Of a DNA stretch of 64,000 nt, positions 37,757-51,235 are shown piece after piece (within the stretch, counting starts at the first letter, position 1; every line of letters begins with the position of its first letter). The stretch spans positions 79,982,001 to 80,046,000 of the forward strand of contig NW_024704743.1 in NCBI RefSeq assembly GCF_018977255.1. The letters are read 5' to 3'. The position numbers and the translations under genes were made by a program. The notes under the pieces were generated by a model that had not been told where the DNA came from, ran no database searches, and worked only from the letters and a program-made list of their open reading frames with translations. This DNA is from Callorhinchus milii. Taxonomy: Eukaryota.

Positions 37757-38208
37757 AATAATAATATTTGTTGTATTTATTATAGAGCCTTATCATGTCG
37801 GAAGGACATCTCAAACCGCTTCAAAACGCTTCACAGGATTTACTGTGAAATTGAGTCACTGTGTATTTTGAAGACAAACATGGCAGCTAATTGTGCACAT
37901 CAATATCCTATAAACAGCCATGCAGTGAGTGACAAATTTTATTTAGGGGATTGTGGCCAGTACAATGAAGAAACTCCTTTCTCTTTCTGAATAGTGCCAA
38001 GAGATCTTTAAAGTCCACCTGAGCAGGAATATGGGACCTCGGTTTAACATCTCATCCAAAGGATGGCACCTTCAACAATGCAACACATCCTCAGTACTGC
38101 ATTCGAGTGTCACCTTAGATTACGTGAGTTCAAGTCCCAATGTGGGAATTTCAACCTACAACCTTCTGACACAGAGGCAAGAGTGCTATCACTGAACTAA
38201 GCTGACAC
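37757..38208 (-). mobile_element. Near full-length DeuSINE/SacSINE1-like SINE
   Basis: Tail at 37757, Deu-like core, head acaaccttctgacacagaggcaagagtgcta in reverse. Confidence 0.75.
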
Positions 38209-40350
38209 ACAATTGCAAGTGAAGTTGTATTGAAAAACCATTTACTGCTATAATTACCCACCCATCTGTTTTCAGTTGTGGGTTTTCTTGAGTCAAGGTC
38301 TCCTTTTACATTGTTCAAAATTTCTCAGATTGACTGTCAGCTGTGCTTTATTTGAACTATTTTTCCCCTTCTCTCCTAAAGGTGTTGGACTCTGTTTCCT
38401 CTGAGTGAAGAGTGCTCTCACCTGATCTCCATGTGCAAACCCATTCCAGCAGGGTTTCTGTTTCCTTGTTGTCAGCTGGGTGTCTGACTCATGCGGAAAC
38501 CCATCACCATGCTTAAGAGGATCCAAACCAAGATTTCCATTCATCCCACCAACACATGGAAATTCCAGAGATAGATTGTTGGAATGGAATGCGCACTCGC
38601 TCCCTGGTGGGAAGTATCCTGCTTATCGAATTCTGAAAAGTATTAGGCAGAGATCAGTAAGAGCTAAGCTAGGGGACCCCAGAGTATGCTTTGGAGTAGT
38701 GCTGGAGTCAAACCAGCTAAAATCGCATAGCTTGACATTGATATTGCTGTCTGGCAAGTGCTTCTGCTGCTTGTCCAGCTAGGACCGTTTGCTGTGCTGT
38801 CTTTAATAGTACCCTGGAATACTGCGGGCCCACCTGGCTCAGGAACCAGACTATCGAAACTGCCTTAGAGGACTGGCTCGATTCTGACATTCCATTGCCA
38901 GGTATGTCACCTTGGAGCCAAAACTAGATCCTGGCTAGTTTTGCGTCTGAAGTTGTAATTCGGGTTCACTTTCCCTTTAATATTATGCCCCTAGCAAGGT
39001 TGGGAACTGCAATGTCATCTATCCTTCAGCATATATATTTCAGCATTGATTAGATGACAACTGTTCTCAGCTCAGCTTGACAGTCAATTCATGGAGATGT
39101 GCCAACAGTGTGAAGGATCGATGGCCTATTTTGGCATAGAAAGAGGTGAAGCAAAATAGGAAAGTGAAAATGGTGGGGGAGGGGTCATTTACAAGTCAGT
39201 CTGCAGTAAGTAGTAAGTCATGGAATAGTAAGGTTATTATCAATGGTAAGGTTACTATTGGCAATCAATGCTGCATTGTCACTAGTCTTGTGATTATATT
39301 CAAGAGCATCACATTGATTCTCCGTCCCCGAGGGCACATGTTTTGCCTTCTGTTGGCATATTTCCAACTACCTACTCACTTCAAATTGGATACCTTACCA
39401 CGAAAGGTAAGCCACACCTTTAAGGTGGCATACTATTTAATTCAAACAGCCAAAATGCTTCATTTGTCACAAGAACTTCTGCAATGGCATGTCACCAACC
39501 CATTATGTTTCATAGCTTACATATTGTTTTAAGTTCAGACTTCAAGTTGTCATTCACAAACTTTAATCATGCCTGTGTAAGATTCTTGCTCTGTGCCCTC
39601 AGTTAGTAGGAAGTGTATTTGATAACTAGGTTATGCCAATAATTTTCTGCCCCCGAGCAGGAACCTCCCACGAGGCATCTAGTGGACTGGGTACATGGTC
39701 CCAAATCACATTCCAAACTGAGGAAGACAAGCAATTTGGGGTCATGAGCTGACCACCAGCTGTTTCTGCCTTGCTCCAGAAATTCCCTTACTGTTTTCTT
39801 TCTGATTTGAAAGTTGAGGGGAATAAATCCATGAAATTGTATTGATGGCTAGATTTTAGGTCAACATTGCAATGGTACTTCAAAAGAGTGGTGAGAGTTG
39901 GGTCTGCTGAGAGTTAGAACTTTGGAATTAATAGGACATTGTATAACCAACAACAACAACTTGCATTTATATAACGCCTTTCACACATGGTAGTGTCTTG
40001 GAGTGTTAAGCAATGGCTGAGTTTGACGTTGAGCAGGGAGGAAGGGGAGATGACTGTTGACATGATATACAGTATAAGTTTATATTTTGGTAGTAACAGG
40101 GTAGACCAAAAAGACAAAGGAGTTTGGTTTCTGAAGGAATAGGTACAAAGCAGGATTGTTCAGGCTAATATGATTTAAAATTAGATTTTTGAGGCTAATT
40201 GAATCTCGTTCAATTAGAAAAAGAGTTTGAGAGGAGACGGAGTGAGTAAATTTGGTGAGTGTATTGGTGAGATTGTGAATTCAGTGCCTTGGGCAGCTCT
40301 TGGGTAAGATACTAAGTTGCTGTTTGTTCAGAAGGGACTGGTTTAGCATA

Positions 40351-41590
40351 ATGGAAGGAAGGCTGCTGCCCGGATAGTGTGGACCCAGCATGATGTGGGA
40401 GATGATCACACATGCAAGAAGTTTGATTGCCTGCAAGCGCTCAAACGGACAAACCGTTGCATACGGGAGGCTGAAGGATTCCTGGATCCCTTAGATCAAG
40501 AGGTGGTCACCCTGCAGATAAACTTATTGAGGAGGGGAAGTGAGTGATCATCCACAGGGATGAAAAAAAATAGCCAGGGGACAGTTCAGTAATCCATTGG
40601 GAATACTGAAATACTGAGTTGTCAAACAGGTTTGAGATATTGAGTTCCTGTGACAGCGGATCATAAAACTATACAGCACAGAAGGAGGCCATTCTGCCCA
40701 TTGTGTCTGTGCTGGCTCTTTGGAAAGAGCTATCCAAATCAATCCCACTCTCTCCTCGTAGCCCTGCAAACTTGTCCTCCCCAATGGAAGGCAATCAGTG
40801 GAAGGAATTGAGGCACAAAGAGCTGCAAAGTGGGAGGTGGAGGTGTAGGTCACGAACACAGTAATGATGAAACCCTATAATCAGTGGGTTAATTAGGTGC
40901 TTTTGTAGCTGAAACCATGAGTCCCAAATAATCTGTTGCCTCCCAGGAGCCACTGTCAGGGACACAAAGGAATAGTTGCAAAAGATTTTGGAGAGGGAGG
41001 AAGAATAGTATAGGTTTATCAGTGATGGGCAAATTACTGGAATCTATCATCAGGGACGGAATAATTTAGCATCTAGATCAATATGCACAGATCAGTGACA
41101 GTCAATATGGGTTTTTGAAGGGTGGATCATGTCTCAGAAATCTAATAGAGTTCATTGACAGAACCATCGAGGTGATAGATAAAGGGAGATTGATGGATGT
41201 AATTTATATGGATTTTCTGAAAGCAGATAAAGGGGAGTCCTGTAGTGTATTGGTTAGGGCACTTGCCTCGCAACGGGTGGGGAAAAACGTTAGGCAAATT
41301 TCCTTACTCCACATGCCTCTGTTTACCTAGCAATTTACATTTATGTAGCACCTCTGAAGTCTGGAGGATGTCTGCTAGCTTTGGAGGGGTCTATTTATAT
41401 CAAATGGCAAAATCCAACATTTTACATCCATGAGATTACAAAATAGACCAGATAGGTATCTAAAAAGGAGTAAACTATAGGGATTTGGAGTAAAGGCAGG
41501 TAAATGGGACTGAAAGGATTGCTCTTTGACAGCGACAGCCAGATCTGATAGGCTGGATTGGCCTTCTTCTGTTCTGTAAATTTCTATGAG
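40351..41590 (+). mobile_element. Collapsed ancient CR1: ORF1 zinc-finger relic, ORF1 esterase relic, RT fragment, 3'UTR; contains a minus CR1 tail and a SINE head
   Basis: MMWE..DHTCKK..RCIREAEGFLD..EVVT (40351-40520); ICCLPGATVRD (about 40930-40965); GFLKGGSCLRNLIEF..DVIYMDF (41110-41220). Confidence 0.75.
41234..41333 (+). mobile_element. Family A SINE head fragment
   Basis: ggagtcctgtag...ttccttactccacatgcctctgtttacctagca. Confidence 0.8.
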
Positions 41591-41751
41591 CTCCCTTAGC
41601 TGATCTTCAGTTTAAAAAGACAATGAACTTATTAAAAAAAACAGCTTGATAGTGTGTTGGGAGAATGGTAAGGTAGATATTTGGAAGGATGAGATCAAAT
41701 GGGTCAAATGGTTTTCATCCAAATTACTCTTGTAACCTTGTGAAGGTTCCT

Positions 41752-42005
41752 ACAATACAAAATTACATTTGTATAGCGCCTTTCACGTTGGGAAGACGTC
41801 CCAAAGCAGCCAATTGCGCACAGCAATGTCCCACAAACAGTCATGGATTGAAAACGACCAATTTATTATTGTTTTGTTGTTTTGGAGGGATTATCATTAG
41901 GGGTGTGGAGTAAGGAAACTGGCCCAAGGTTTCGCCCTGCCTGGAATTGAACTCAAGTTTCTCGCTTGCAAAACGAGTGCTCTAACCACTGAGCTACAGG
42001 ACTCC
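41752..42005 (-). mobile_element. Family A SINE (short variant), internally deleted, with an L2-type tail
   Basis: Full head in reverse; body jumps from ttggctgc to tttgggacgtc; tail gctatacaaatgtaattttgt matches the L2 copies rather than the usual SINE tail. Confidence 0.85.
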
Positions 42006-43674
42006 ACATCATGCAGCATGTATGAATCTAATTGTGGGATATTATGCAATGCTCTTCCCACCCCCACTCTGCAGCATTTGTGATACCAAACAATAGTGTA
42101 TATTCTGCTTAATTTGATCTGTCCACATGCCAATGAATTCTGAATGTAACTGAGGAAATGGGAGTATCAATGACCTCCAGCATGCTTTAGCAGTTAAGTC
42201 GTCATATAACCTGGTAAATTCAGTACAGTTGGGACAGATTTGCAACATATCCAGTTTTGCACACGGGTTACACAGGATAAAGCCCGAGATGTCAAATGTC
42301 ACATTCAGCTACAAATCTAGAGTCAGCCAGCAGGACACTTACATATAGAAGTTCTCCTCCTCGCTCCCCCCTCTCCATTATGTTTTTATTTTATTTTTGG
42401 GAGGTTATGAAACAGAGTTTAAAATCCTCCCAGATTGAAAATCTTCTACAGTAAAATCCTATAAAGCGCTTTGAGACGTTTCGATGAAATGATAAGGTGT
42501 GATATTAAATGCATGGATTCTAAATATTATATTGACAGAAATTGTCTCACAATCCTATTCTCTCCTCTCTCCATTTTCCCTCATGGATTACAGTCAACAT
42601 GAAAAATTACATGGAGGCAACATTTCTGTTCATGCTGCATGCACGACTTAACCACTGAGCTGTAGGATTTCTGTGATACAATCAGATGCTTCCTTTTGAA
42701 GAGGCCTGCTGGGATCTGATTATTTTCAATGCTGTATTGTAAAACGGAACTGATGTCTACAGGACTATGATTTAGTGCATGAATTGTATCCTGAAAAGAT
42801 TCAGTTTCATGAAGAGTCTCTCTGTAACATTCCAAGAAGCATTTCGAAGAATAGTGCAAAATAACAAGGGGAGAATATAAAATCATTTCAATTTTTTAAA
42901 ATATACACTGCTTATTTAAACACAGTTTCCTTTTTTTCAGACCTCATAAAAGTTTAATTTCCAACTCAAGATAGAAATTAATGTGCTTTTACTGCTGGTT
43001 GAAATTTATTATTGGAATGAAAATTCTGACATTTTATGATGTTTAATTATCTATGATGTGTTAATTAATACTGGTTTTATTTATCCATCATTCAAAAAAA
43101 AAGGGACCAGTCAGTGACTTAGCTCTCGGATGGTCTGTAGCTGTGATTTCTATAATAATAACCAAAAATGCTTGCATTTTATATAATGCTTTTCATGTTG
43201 GGAGGATATCTCAAAGAGTTTCACAGGATTTACTGCAATGCTCCTAATACTCCTCCCACTCCCTTCATTTCCTTTGGGACAGTGAAGCCAATTATAGTGC
43301 CTGCAGGATAGGATTGTTAAATTCAGGGATCAAACCCATGGCTTTACTGCTCTGTGTGCCTCCTTCCTACAGAAGGATTCACTCACAAAGCACATGAAGC
43401 AGCCTGTCAACAGAATTTTATTGGATTGTATTTTTAATTTGATATGATATTAATAGGTAGGTTGATAGAAACAGATATAGCATTTTTAAAGCAGAATGAC
43501 ATTTTTCTCACACCCATCCCTGCACTGCTGCCATATCTTCATTAGACAATGCAATACAATTTACACTCATATTGCACCTTTCACGTTGCGAGGACATTCC
43601 AAAGGGATTGACAATTCTGGCTGGGCACCAGAGCTGAGGGTGGAAGCTAAGTAATTACTGAAAGCATGTTCAAA

Positions 43675-44058
43675 TAATAATAATCCTTGCATTTGGTATA
43701 GTGCCTGTACACGTCATTGAGATGTCTCAAAGCACTTCACAGCATGTACTGTAAAGAGGAGCGATTGTGTATTTTGTGGGCAAATGCGGCAGCCAGTGTG
43801 TGCACAGCAATACAATTTAACACACCCATAAACAGCCATGGAGTGAGTGACCAATTTTATTTGGGGGATTGTTGGCCAAGACACTGGGGAAACTCCCTTT
43901 TCTTTTTGAATGGTGCCATTGGATTTTTAAGGTCCACCTGAACAGACAGATGGGATCTTGTGTGTTTTTAACATCAGCTTAGACCGTGTGATTCCAAGTC
44001 CAGATGTGGGGCTGGAACCCACGACCTTCTGACTCAGAGGCGAGAGTGCGCCAGGCTG
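43675..44058 (-). mobile_element. DeuSINE-like SINE with a family-A-like tail
   Basis: (aat)n ccttgcatttgg tail, gtccacctgaacagacag core, gaacccacgaccttctgactcagaggcgagagtg head. Confidence 0.75.
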
Positions 44059-44684
44059 ACAAGGAGCTACATTTTGAACTGTACCTAGAAAGACACAGGG
44101 AAGAATTCCATTCCAGACACAGAGAAGGTTCTGTGTATAGCTAGCACTCACATGTAGAGCTCTCACTCTGGTTTGGATACTGTTAACCATAGTGATTTTT
44201 TTTTGTGTGTATCAGACCAAAACTGAATCAGTTTGCCAACATTTCCTATTTTTTCTTTCCACTCAAAACCCTGCCTTATCCTTGCTGCCTTAGAAACACG
44301 CTGCTGCAATCAGTTAATAAATAGGTCAGTGTGCCACACAAGTCAGCTGCCATATTTAATTATGCATTGTTGTATTAAATAGTAATTAGCTGTCTTCACA
44401 CTTGCATTCACTCCAAACTCAGAACCTCAGTGATAGGCTATAACAGGGTTAATTGGTTCGAGATGAACATCTTGGAAATAGTTCAAAAATGTGCTACCAA
44501 ATTTACTGCAACCAAATATTGTACTCACATTATCTTGTATTAACTAAGATCCAGTTAGAATCAGCAAAGACCAGTTCATTTATTGAACTGCCAGCTGGAA
44601 TTCACAGCAGGTGGACTCAAGAAGAGAGAAAAAATGAACCCTGTTGCTTGCACTTTCAAATATGTAATAATGTTATATAAATTA

Positions 44685-44970
44685 TACAGAAGGTTGAGGG
44701 GTGACCTGATAAAGGTCTTTAAAATTGTGAGGGGTTTTGATGGAGTCAATAGGGAGAAATTATTTCCACTGGTCTGTAAATCAGTGAGTTGAGGGAACCA
44801 ATTTAAGTTAGTAAACGAGCAATTCGGGAAGTTAGGGGAAATGTTTCACACACAGAGTAGTTTGGATATGGAATGCCTAGTTGAGAGCGATGGTTAAGGT
44901 AGAATTAGCTTTCAAAGGGAAACTAGATAAATCACTAAATAGCAGTTAACTAAGGGATTTGAGAAAAGGC
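44685..44970 (+). mobile_element. Old CR1 ORF2 C-terminal fragment
   Basis: RRLRGDLIKVFKIVRGFDGVNREKLFPLV. Confidence 0.85.
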
Positions 44971-46104
44971 GATGGATACCCTTTAAGCTGTGATATATGG
45001 CATTGGCAGAACACAAGTTGGATGCATTCTCAAAAGGTAGGCTGAATACATGACAGCTTTTGTTTTAAATGTGACAATGCCTTTATTTTACTGAGATTGC
45101 AAAGTATGGTTGTTGAATGTTCATCACCCTTGCCCATTACCAATGCCTTTAACATTACATCAGTGACTTGAATCACCCGATCTGTTTCAGTAATCAGGTC
45201 ACCTCACTAAGTAGGTCACTTTTGCCCAGTCACTTGAGTTACAGGATTAGTGAAGTCCTACTGTTGTTTATTATTTCTCAGTTTTTTTATGAGGATTTAA
45301 TCAATGCACCATCAATTATATTGGTTGGGAGTCTGCTCCACAATTTCGATGACTCTAATGCAAAACTCTGAAAAGGAATAAAGAAAATATATGTTTGTAA
45401 TTCTGAATTATATTTGGTTCAATTGGTGAAGTTACTGCCTGGAATTGCAACCGAGTCCTCCAAGGTCTCGGGATCAATGGAATCAATTCCTGATCAGTGC
45501 TGAGTTAGCTATCTCGTCATCTTCATCCACAAAGTACACAGTCACTATTCTTGGCAATATATCCTGTGAAGCACTATGAGACTTGATGACATGATAAAGC
45601 ACAATATCAAATGTAAGGATTATTATTGTCTCATCTGGACAGCAGTGAAGTTGTTACAATTAGTATCAGAGCTCCTAGAGGTGAAAAATCAGACAGAGCC
45701 CCTGGATGATCCTGATCATAAAGCAGTGACCTTCCCCTCCATGGAAAGTGTGTACTTTTGTACATTAGGAGTTAGAAGAGGATCAGACCCAGCTGTGATG
45801 GTCACTAGGGTTCAATAATGTACTGATGCTCATTGCCTAGACTCACACATAAAGAATGGGTGAGATACTGGTGGATCGATAGTAACAAAGGATATGTATC
45901 CCAGAACAAGTCAGCACCTATAGGAAATAAATATATATGTGTGTGTGTGTGTGGTGGTTGGGGTGGGGGAAGGTGGAGGGGGAGACAAAATCTAAACTTG
46001 GGGGTATGTTGAGAGCTGTGACTTACTCTAGGAGCATTGGATGACTTTAAACAGATAGACTTTGATGATCATTTATATCATTCTAGACTTGTATATTTTC
46101 TTAT

Positions 46105-47090
46105 AAGAAAATAACAAAATTACATTTGTATAGTGCCTTTCACGTCAGGAAGATGTCCCAAGGGACTGGACAGTCAGTGTTTCGGACCCGAGCTGGGGGT
46201 TGGGATTGGGGAGCGTGGAGGGCAGGGGGGCGAAACAGGGTGATCGAAAGCACGGTCAAAGAGGAGGGTCTTGAGATGGGTCTTGAAGAAGGCAAGGGAG
46301 AGGATGAGGGAGAAGAACTGCGGGATGGAGTTCCAGAGGGTAGGGTCAGAGTGGCAGAAGGTCCACCACCAATGGTGGGGGGGTGGGTGAGGCGAGGGAT
46401 GCGAAGGAGGCCGGAGCTTGCTGGGTGGAGTGAGTGGGCAGGATGGTAGGAGGTTAGGAGGTTACAGAGGTAGGGGAAAGCAAGGCCATCGTGGGCTTTG
46501 AAGATGAGGACCAGGATCCTCTGAGTGATGAGAAGCCAGTGGAGTCGGGTGAAGGTGGGGGTGATAGGATCATGGAGCCTGGTGCGGGAGAGGACACGGA
46601 CTGCAGAGTTCTGGATGATCTGCAGCCTAGGTAGGGAGGAGTTGGGGAGGCTGACAAGCAAGGAGTTTGTATAGCCAAGCCTTGATATTATGAATGCATG
46701 TATGAGGGTTTCGACGGCCTGCGGTGTGAGACAGTGGCGGAGCCGGGCAATGTTGCGGAGGTGGAGGAAGGCAGAGTGGGTCATGGCACAGATGTGGAGT
46801 AGAAAGAATAGTTGAAGATCAAACAAGGCGCCAAGGTTCCGGACTGGCTAAGCAAGATGGAGTGTGCATCCATGGATGGTGATACTGTCAGCGCCTGAGG
46901 TGAGGAGGTGCCGACGGGAGCCAATCAGGAGAGCCTCAGCCTTGTTGACTAAAGAAAGTTAGCTCTCATCCAGGACTTGATGTCTGACAGACATTCTGTC
47001 AGGACAGCAGTGGTCCTGGAGTCAAGGGTGGAGGTAGAGAGGTACAGTTGGGTGTCATCCACATACATGTGGAAGTTGACCCCATGTGCA
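46105..47090 (-). mobile_element. L2 LINE, 5'-truncated
   Basis: HGVNFHMYVDDTQLYLS, HLRNIARLR, HAFIISRL, RLHWL; tail at 46105-46130. Confidence 0.92.
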
Positions 47091-48679
47091 GACATTGAAT
47101 TTAGTTCTATTTCATTCAGCAGTAAACTTAAAGAAGGTAAGGAAGCAGTCAAGACAAAACAGACCATCGTACTAAAACTGGAGAGAACAACGTATGTGAG
47201 CATCACAAATAGGAAAAATAATAATGATATAGCACCTGATCTTAACTCAGCCAAAATCCTCTAAAGCAGCATTAGGATTGTATCTCTGAACTCATTTGTC
47301 CTGGAACAATTTTCAAATGTTCCTACAGAGAAAATCATCACATCAAAATTGTGCTTTACGTCAGTCATGGCATGGCGTAAAAGCATCATAGATTTTATCT
47401 CCATCATTGTTTTGTAAACCATGTCTTGCAAATGAGATTTGACATTTGTAAGTGAGATCAAGTTCCCCCAATTGCTGTACTCTTCACGAAAGGCTTTGAT
47501 TTCCTATTTGTGCTCGGTTCTTTGACCAACAGGAACTATCTCCTGTTGAGGGCAACTCCACGTTGTGGAAAAAAATTACAGAATACAAGCCAAAATGTAA
47601 AATCTTATAAATTGAGCACATTTTAAATATAATTTTCAGAAAACATGCCAAGTTGAAGCCTATTTAGTGAATAAAGGTGGATATATCATTAAACATTTAC
47701 GAAGTATCCAGTTTCAATTGTAGGGTATTTAATTCACTGATCTCTTTATTCTGCTAAAGCTTTGCAGAATATTTTGAAATACGCTCCACAGCAGAAATAC
47801 AACTCCCTCTTTGTGAGTTGATTGTAGAGCTTTGACGTACAAGCTATAATGCTTACATAGTCCAAAGACAATGTTTTAGAAAGAATTTTTATTGTTGTGA
47901 AAATAATGAAGAGTGTGTATATTTAGCACAGTGTTGGAACTATGAACCTATTTTGGCCTCCAAAAGTAACATGTGCACAGTGGAGGCATGCAGTTATTTA
48001 AAAATAATTGTGTGGCTCCCTGATGGTTCGTCTGGCAAATTCACTGCTCAATGCGGAACTGAGCCATACAGACAAGGATGTTTTGGCTTTAATCCCCATC
48101 TCCACAGAGGTTGGTTCTCTCAGGAATGGCAACAATCTAAATCACAAGATTAATGTAGATGAAGAAGGTCTTTCGGCATATCTGGTCTTATCCCTCCAGA
48201 ACACCCACCTTATCTTCCTCCCTTCACAGCATCAAAATACTTTTTTAATGAGTGCAGCATCCTGGCCTTAACCATCTTTCCTGGCAACCTGTTCTAGTCT
48301 GGATAAAGAAAAACCTCCTGGTACCGATCCTTAAATTGCTCTTCGCAACTCTAAACCTATATCCCTTTGTTCCAAAATAGTTAGAAGTGAGATCAGAAAA
48401 CATTTCTTCTCACAGTGGGTTGTGAAAATGTAGCAAAATAGTTTTTCTACAATTGGGCTCAGTGTAGTGCCCCTTGGCTGGGGACAGGAAAAATTAGATG
48501 GGATTCATTTTTCCATCAGCATGAACTCTCCGGGCAGGTGCGCTGACCATTGATGCTCTGGTTCCCCAGTTATGTTCCCAGAATCCCTAATGTTTTGTAT
48601 GTTTCCCCCCTTTGAATGTACCAACTACTCTTCCTCAACTGTTACTCCTCAGTCACTCTTGTCTTCAACTCCTCTCATC

Positions 48680-48815
48680 TTTTGAAGAGGTGACTGCGAG
48701 GGTTGATGAGGGAAATGCGGTGGACGTTATTTACATGGATTTCAAAAAGGCTTTTGACATAGTACCGTATAAGAGATTAATAAAAAAATTAGAGGCCCAC
48801 GGAATTAAGGGGAGT
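48680..48815 (+). mobile_element. CR1 RT fragment
   Basis: FEEVTARVDEGNAVDVIYMDFKKAFDIVPYKRLIKKLEAHGIKG. Confidence 0.9.
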
Positions 48816-49516
48816 GAAAAAAAACTCACTCACTTCACAGTTGTTTGTGGGACATTGCTGGACACATATTGGCTGCCGTATTTGCCCACAAAAAAAACAT
48901 ACAGTTACTCCACTATACATTGAAGCAGTTTAACATGACTGTTCTAAAGCTTCTTGTTGCAGCAAACTATGAAAGAAAACCTGGGGCTGTCTTCATATCC
49001 GGTGGACCATTAAAGGCAGTCAATGTATTCTCAGTGGCAAAGTAAAGCTTTCATTTGCTACAGATTACATTTTCTAGAGTAATAAAAGGAAGGAAAACAA
49101 TATGGCAATCAATTGAGACATATCTATTATTGAAGAAGGTGCCAATAGTCACCATTAAATGTAGACATGTGGAAGACATATGGTAAACTAGGCTAGAAAA
49201 CATGTCGCCGCTACAGTTACTTAATTTGGAGTAGGAGAAACCAAAGAACGACAGTGCCAAGACAAGTATCCTCTTCCGGATTTTATTTTTATGTGTAAAT
49301 TGAGAACATCTATACATCTTAAAGTCCCAGTGACTTTTACCCTACCAATTGTCTCCCGCTTATATGTTTCAATTGATCCAGCATTTACAGCCTTTAAGGG
49401 AGTGAATTTAATTTTGCAATACTAATTTTGGTAAATTAATTTGAAGACTTTTTCTTGACTGTGCTGTGGTGTTGTGCTAACATGGGATTGGATTAGAATA
49501 ATATTTGTTACATTTA

Positions 49517-49867
49517 ATAATAATAATAATCCTTGCATTTTAATATAGTGCCTTATCACGTCTTTAAGGTGCTTCAAAGCGCTTCACAGAATATATTGTA
49601 AAGTAAATTGGCTGCATATTTTGTGGGTGAAACACAGCAGCCAATTGCATACAGCAGTCATGGATTGAGTGACCATTTGTTTCAAAGGAATTATTACCCC
49701 CAGAAACGCGATCTGCCGATTGACTAATAACCGGGTTCCTACTTACTGCTAGGTAAACAGAGGTGTATGGAGTAATGAAACGTGCCCAACGTTTCACCCT
49801 GCCAGGAATCAAACCCAGGTCTCTCGCTAGTTAGGCAAGTGCTCTAACCACTGAGCTGCAGGACTCC
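49517..49867 (-). mobile_element. Full-length family A SINE (long variant)
   Basis: Complete head, long insert and (att)n tail in reverse. Confidence 0.92.
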
Positions 49868-49879
49868 ATTATACTTGAG

Positions 49880-50180
49880 TTCAGGATCCTCATTCTCACC
49901 TTTAATTCCCTCCAAGGGCTTGCCCTAGCCTACTTTTACAACCTCCTCAAACCCTATTGACTCGGCTGCCTGCTTCACTCAGTGAGCAGCAGCCTGCTTC
50001 ATGCCTCACTATCAACTGGGAGACTTTCAGCCTTTTTGCCCCATCCTCTGGACCTCCATCCCAAAGTCCCTTTGACTTGTTGTCTCCCTCACCTTGTTAA
50101 GAGTCAATATCAAGACTTACCTCTTTGACCTCACTTTTGGTCATCTTTCCTCTCTCCACCCCTTCGGCTCCACCCCAGCT
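49880..50180 (+). mobile_element. Old L2 C-terminal fragment
   Basis: ttcaggatcctcattctcacctttaa..ctccaagggcttgccc..ctctggacctcc..aagacttacctctttgacc. Confidence 0.7.
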
Positions 50181-50274
50181 TGGGTACCCAATCAGTACTG
50201 TTAAGGACTTCATTTCCTTGCCAGCCCCACTCCCTTGGTGTCCACCCCTCCCAAATCCAACTCCCAGGTCAACA

Positions 50275-51235
50275 TCAGCAACAAATTACATTTGTATAGC
50301 GCTTTTCACATCAGGAGAACATCCCAAGGTGCTGGATAGTCAAGGATTTGAACCCACTCAGGAGGAGTGGAGGGCAGGAAGGGTAGAGGTGTGAGGGTTG
50401 CTGAAGAGGAGGGTTTTGAGACGTACCTTGAAGGAGGCAAGGAAGGGAGCAATCCAAAGGGACTGTGAGATGGAGTTACGTGGAGCAGGCCAGAAGCTGC
50501 TGAGTGAGCGGATAGGTTGATATGCCGTTAACAGGTCACAGAGCTAGGAAGGAGCAAGACCGTGGAGGACTTTGATAGTGAGGACAAGGTTTTTTAACTC
50601 TATCCTCTAAGGGATGGGGAGCCAGTGGAGCCGGGTGAGGGTGGGGGTGATAGGGTCACAGAGCCTGGTGCAGGAGAGAACATAAGCTGCAGAGTTCTGA
50701 ATGATCTGCAGCTTGTGAAGGGAAGAGTTGGGAAGGCCAACAAGCAGGAGGTTGGCGTAGTCAAGCCTAGATGTAATAAATGCATGGATGAGGGTTTCGA
50801 CGGTCTGAGGGGAGAGGCAGTGGCATAGCCGGGTGAGGTGGGGGAAAGCAGAGCGGGTCATGGAACAGATGTGGGGTAGAAGTACAGTTGAGCGGTTCCA
50901 GACTGGCTCAGTGAGGTGGAGTGTGAATCCTTGGATGGTGATGCTGCCAGTGCCTGAGGTGTGGAGGCGCTGACAGGAGCCAATTAGGAGAGACTCGGTC
51001 TTGTTGACATTCAACTGTAGAAAGTTAGGTCTCATCCAGGACTTGATGTATGACAGACATTCTGTCAGGACCGCAGTGGTCCTGGAGTCAAGAGTGGAGG
51101 CAGAGAGATACAGTTGATTATCATCTGCATATATTTGGGATGATGTCACCAAGAGAGAGGGGACCAAGGACAGGCCCTGAGGAACACCGCACAAAATGGA
51201 GCAGGGGCTGAAGGAGAGGCCATTTGTGGAAACAA
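50275..51235 (-). mobile_element. L2 LINE, 5'-truncated
   Basis: CGVPQG, IYADDNQLYLS, HAFITSRLDYAN, RLHWLPI. Confidence 0.92.

Noticed and set aside
38422..38632. Minus-strand exon candidate (MNGNLGLDPLKH...GDQ/gtgaga)
   Set aside because: The donor region matches family B SINE sequence (cctgctggaa...ggtgag), and the strongest acceptor leaves stops in all frames.
38770..38901. Plus-strand exon candidate (TLEYCGPTWLRNQ...P/gtatgt)
   Set aside because: The acceptor side overlaps the old repeat shared with 54154-54222, and the peptide is unrecognised.
42763..42864. Short frame DYDLVHELYPEKIQFHEESL... after ctacag
   Set aside because: Weak acceptor, no donor, no recognisable homology.
46949..47254. 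101-aa ORF with a hydrophobic N-terminus fused to RT sequence
   Set aside because: Chance read-through from flanking DNA into a truncated L2; it stops early in the RT.
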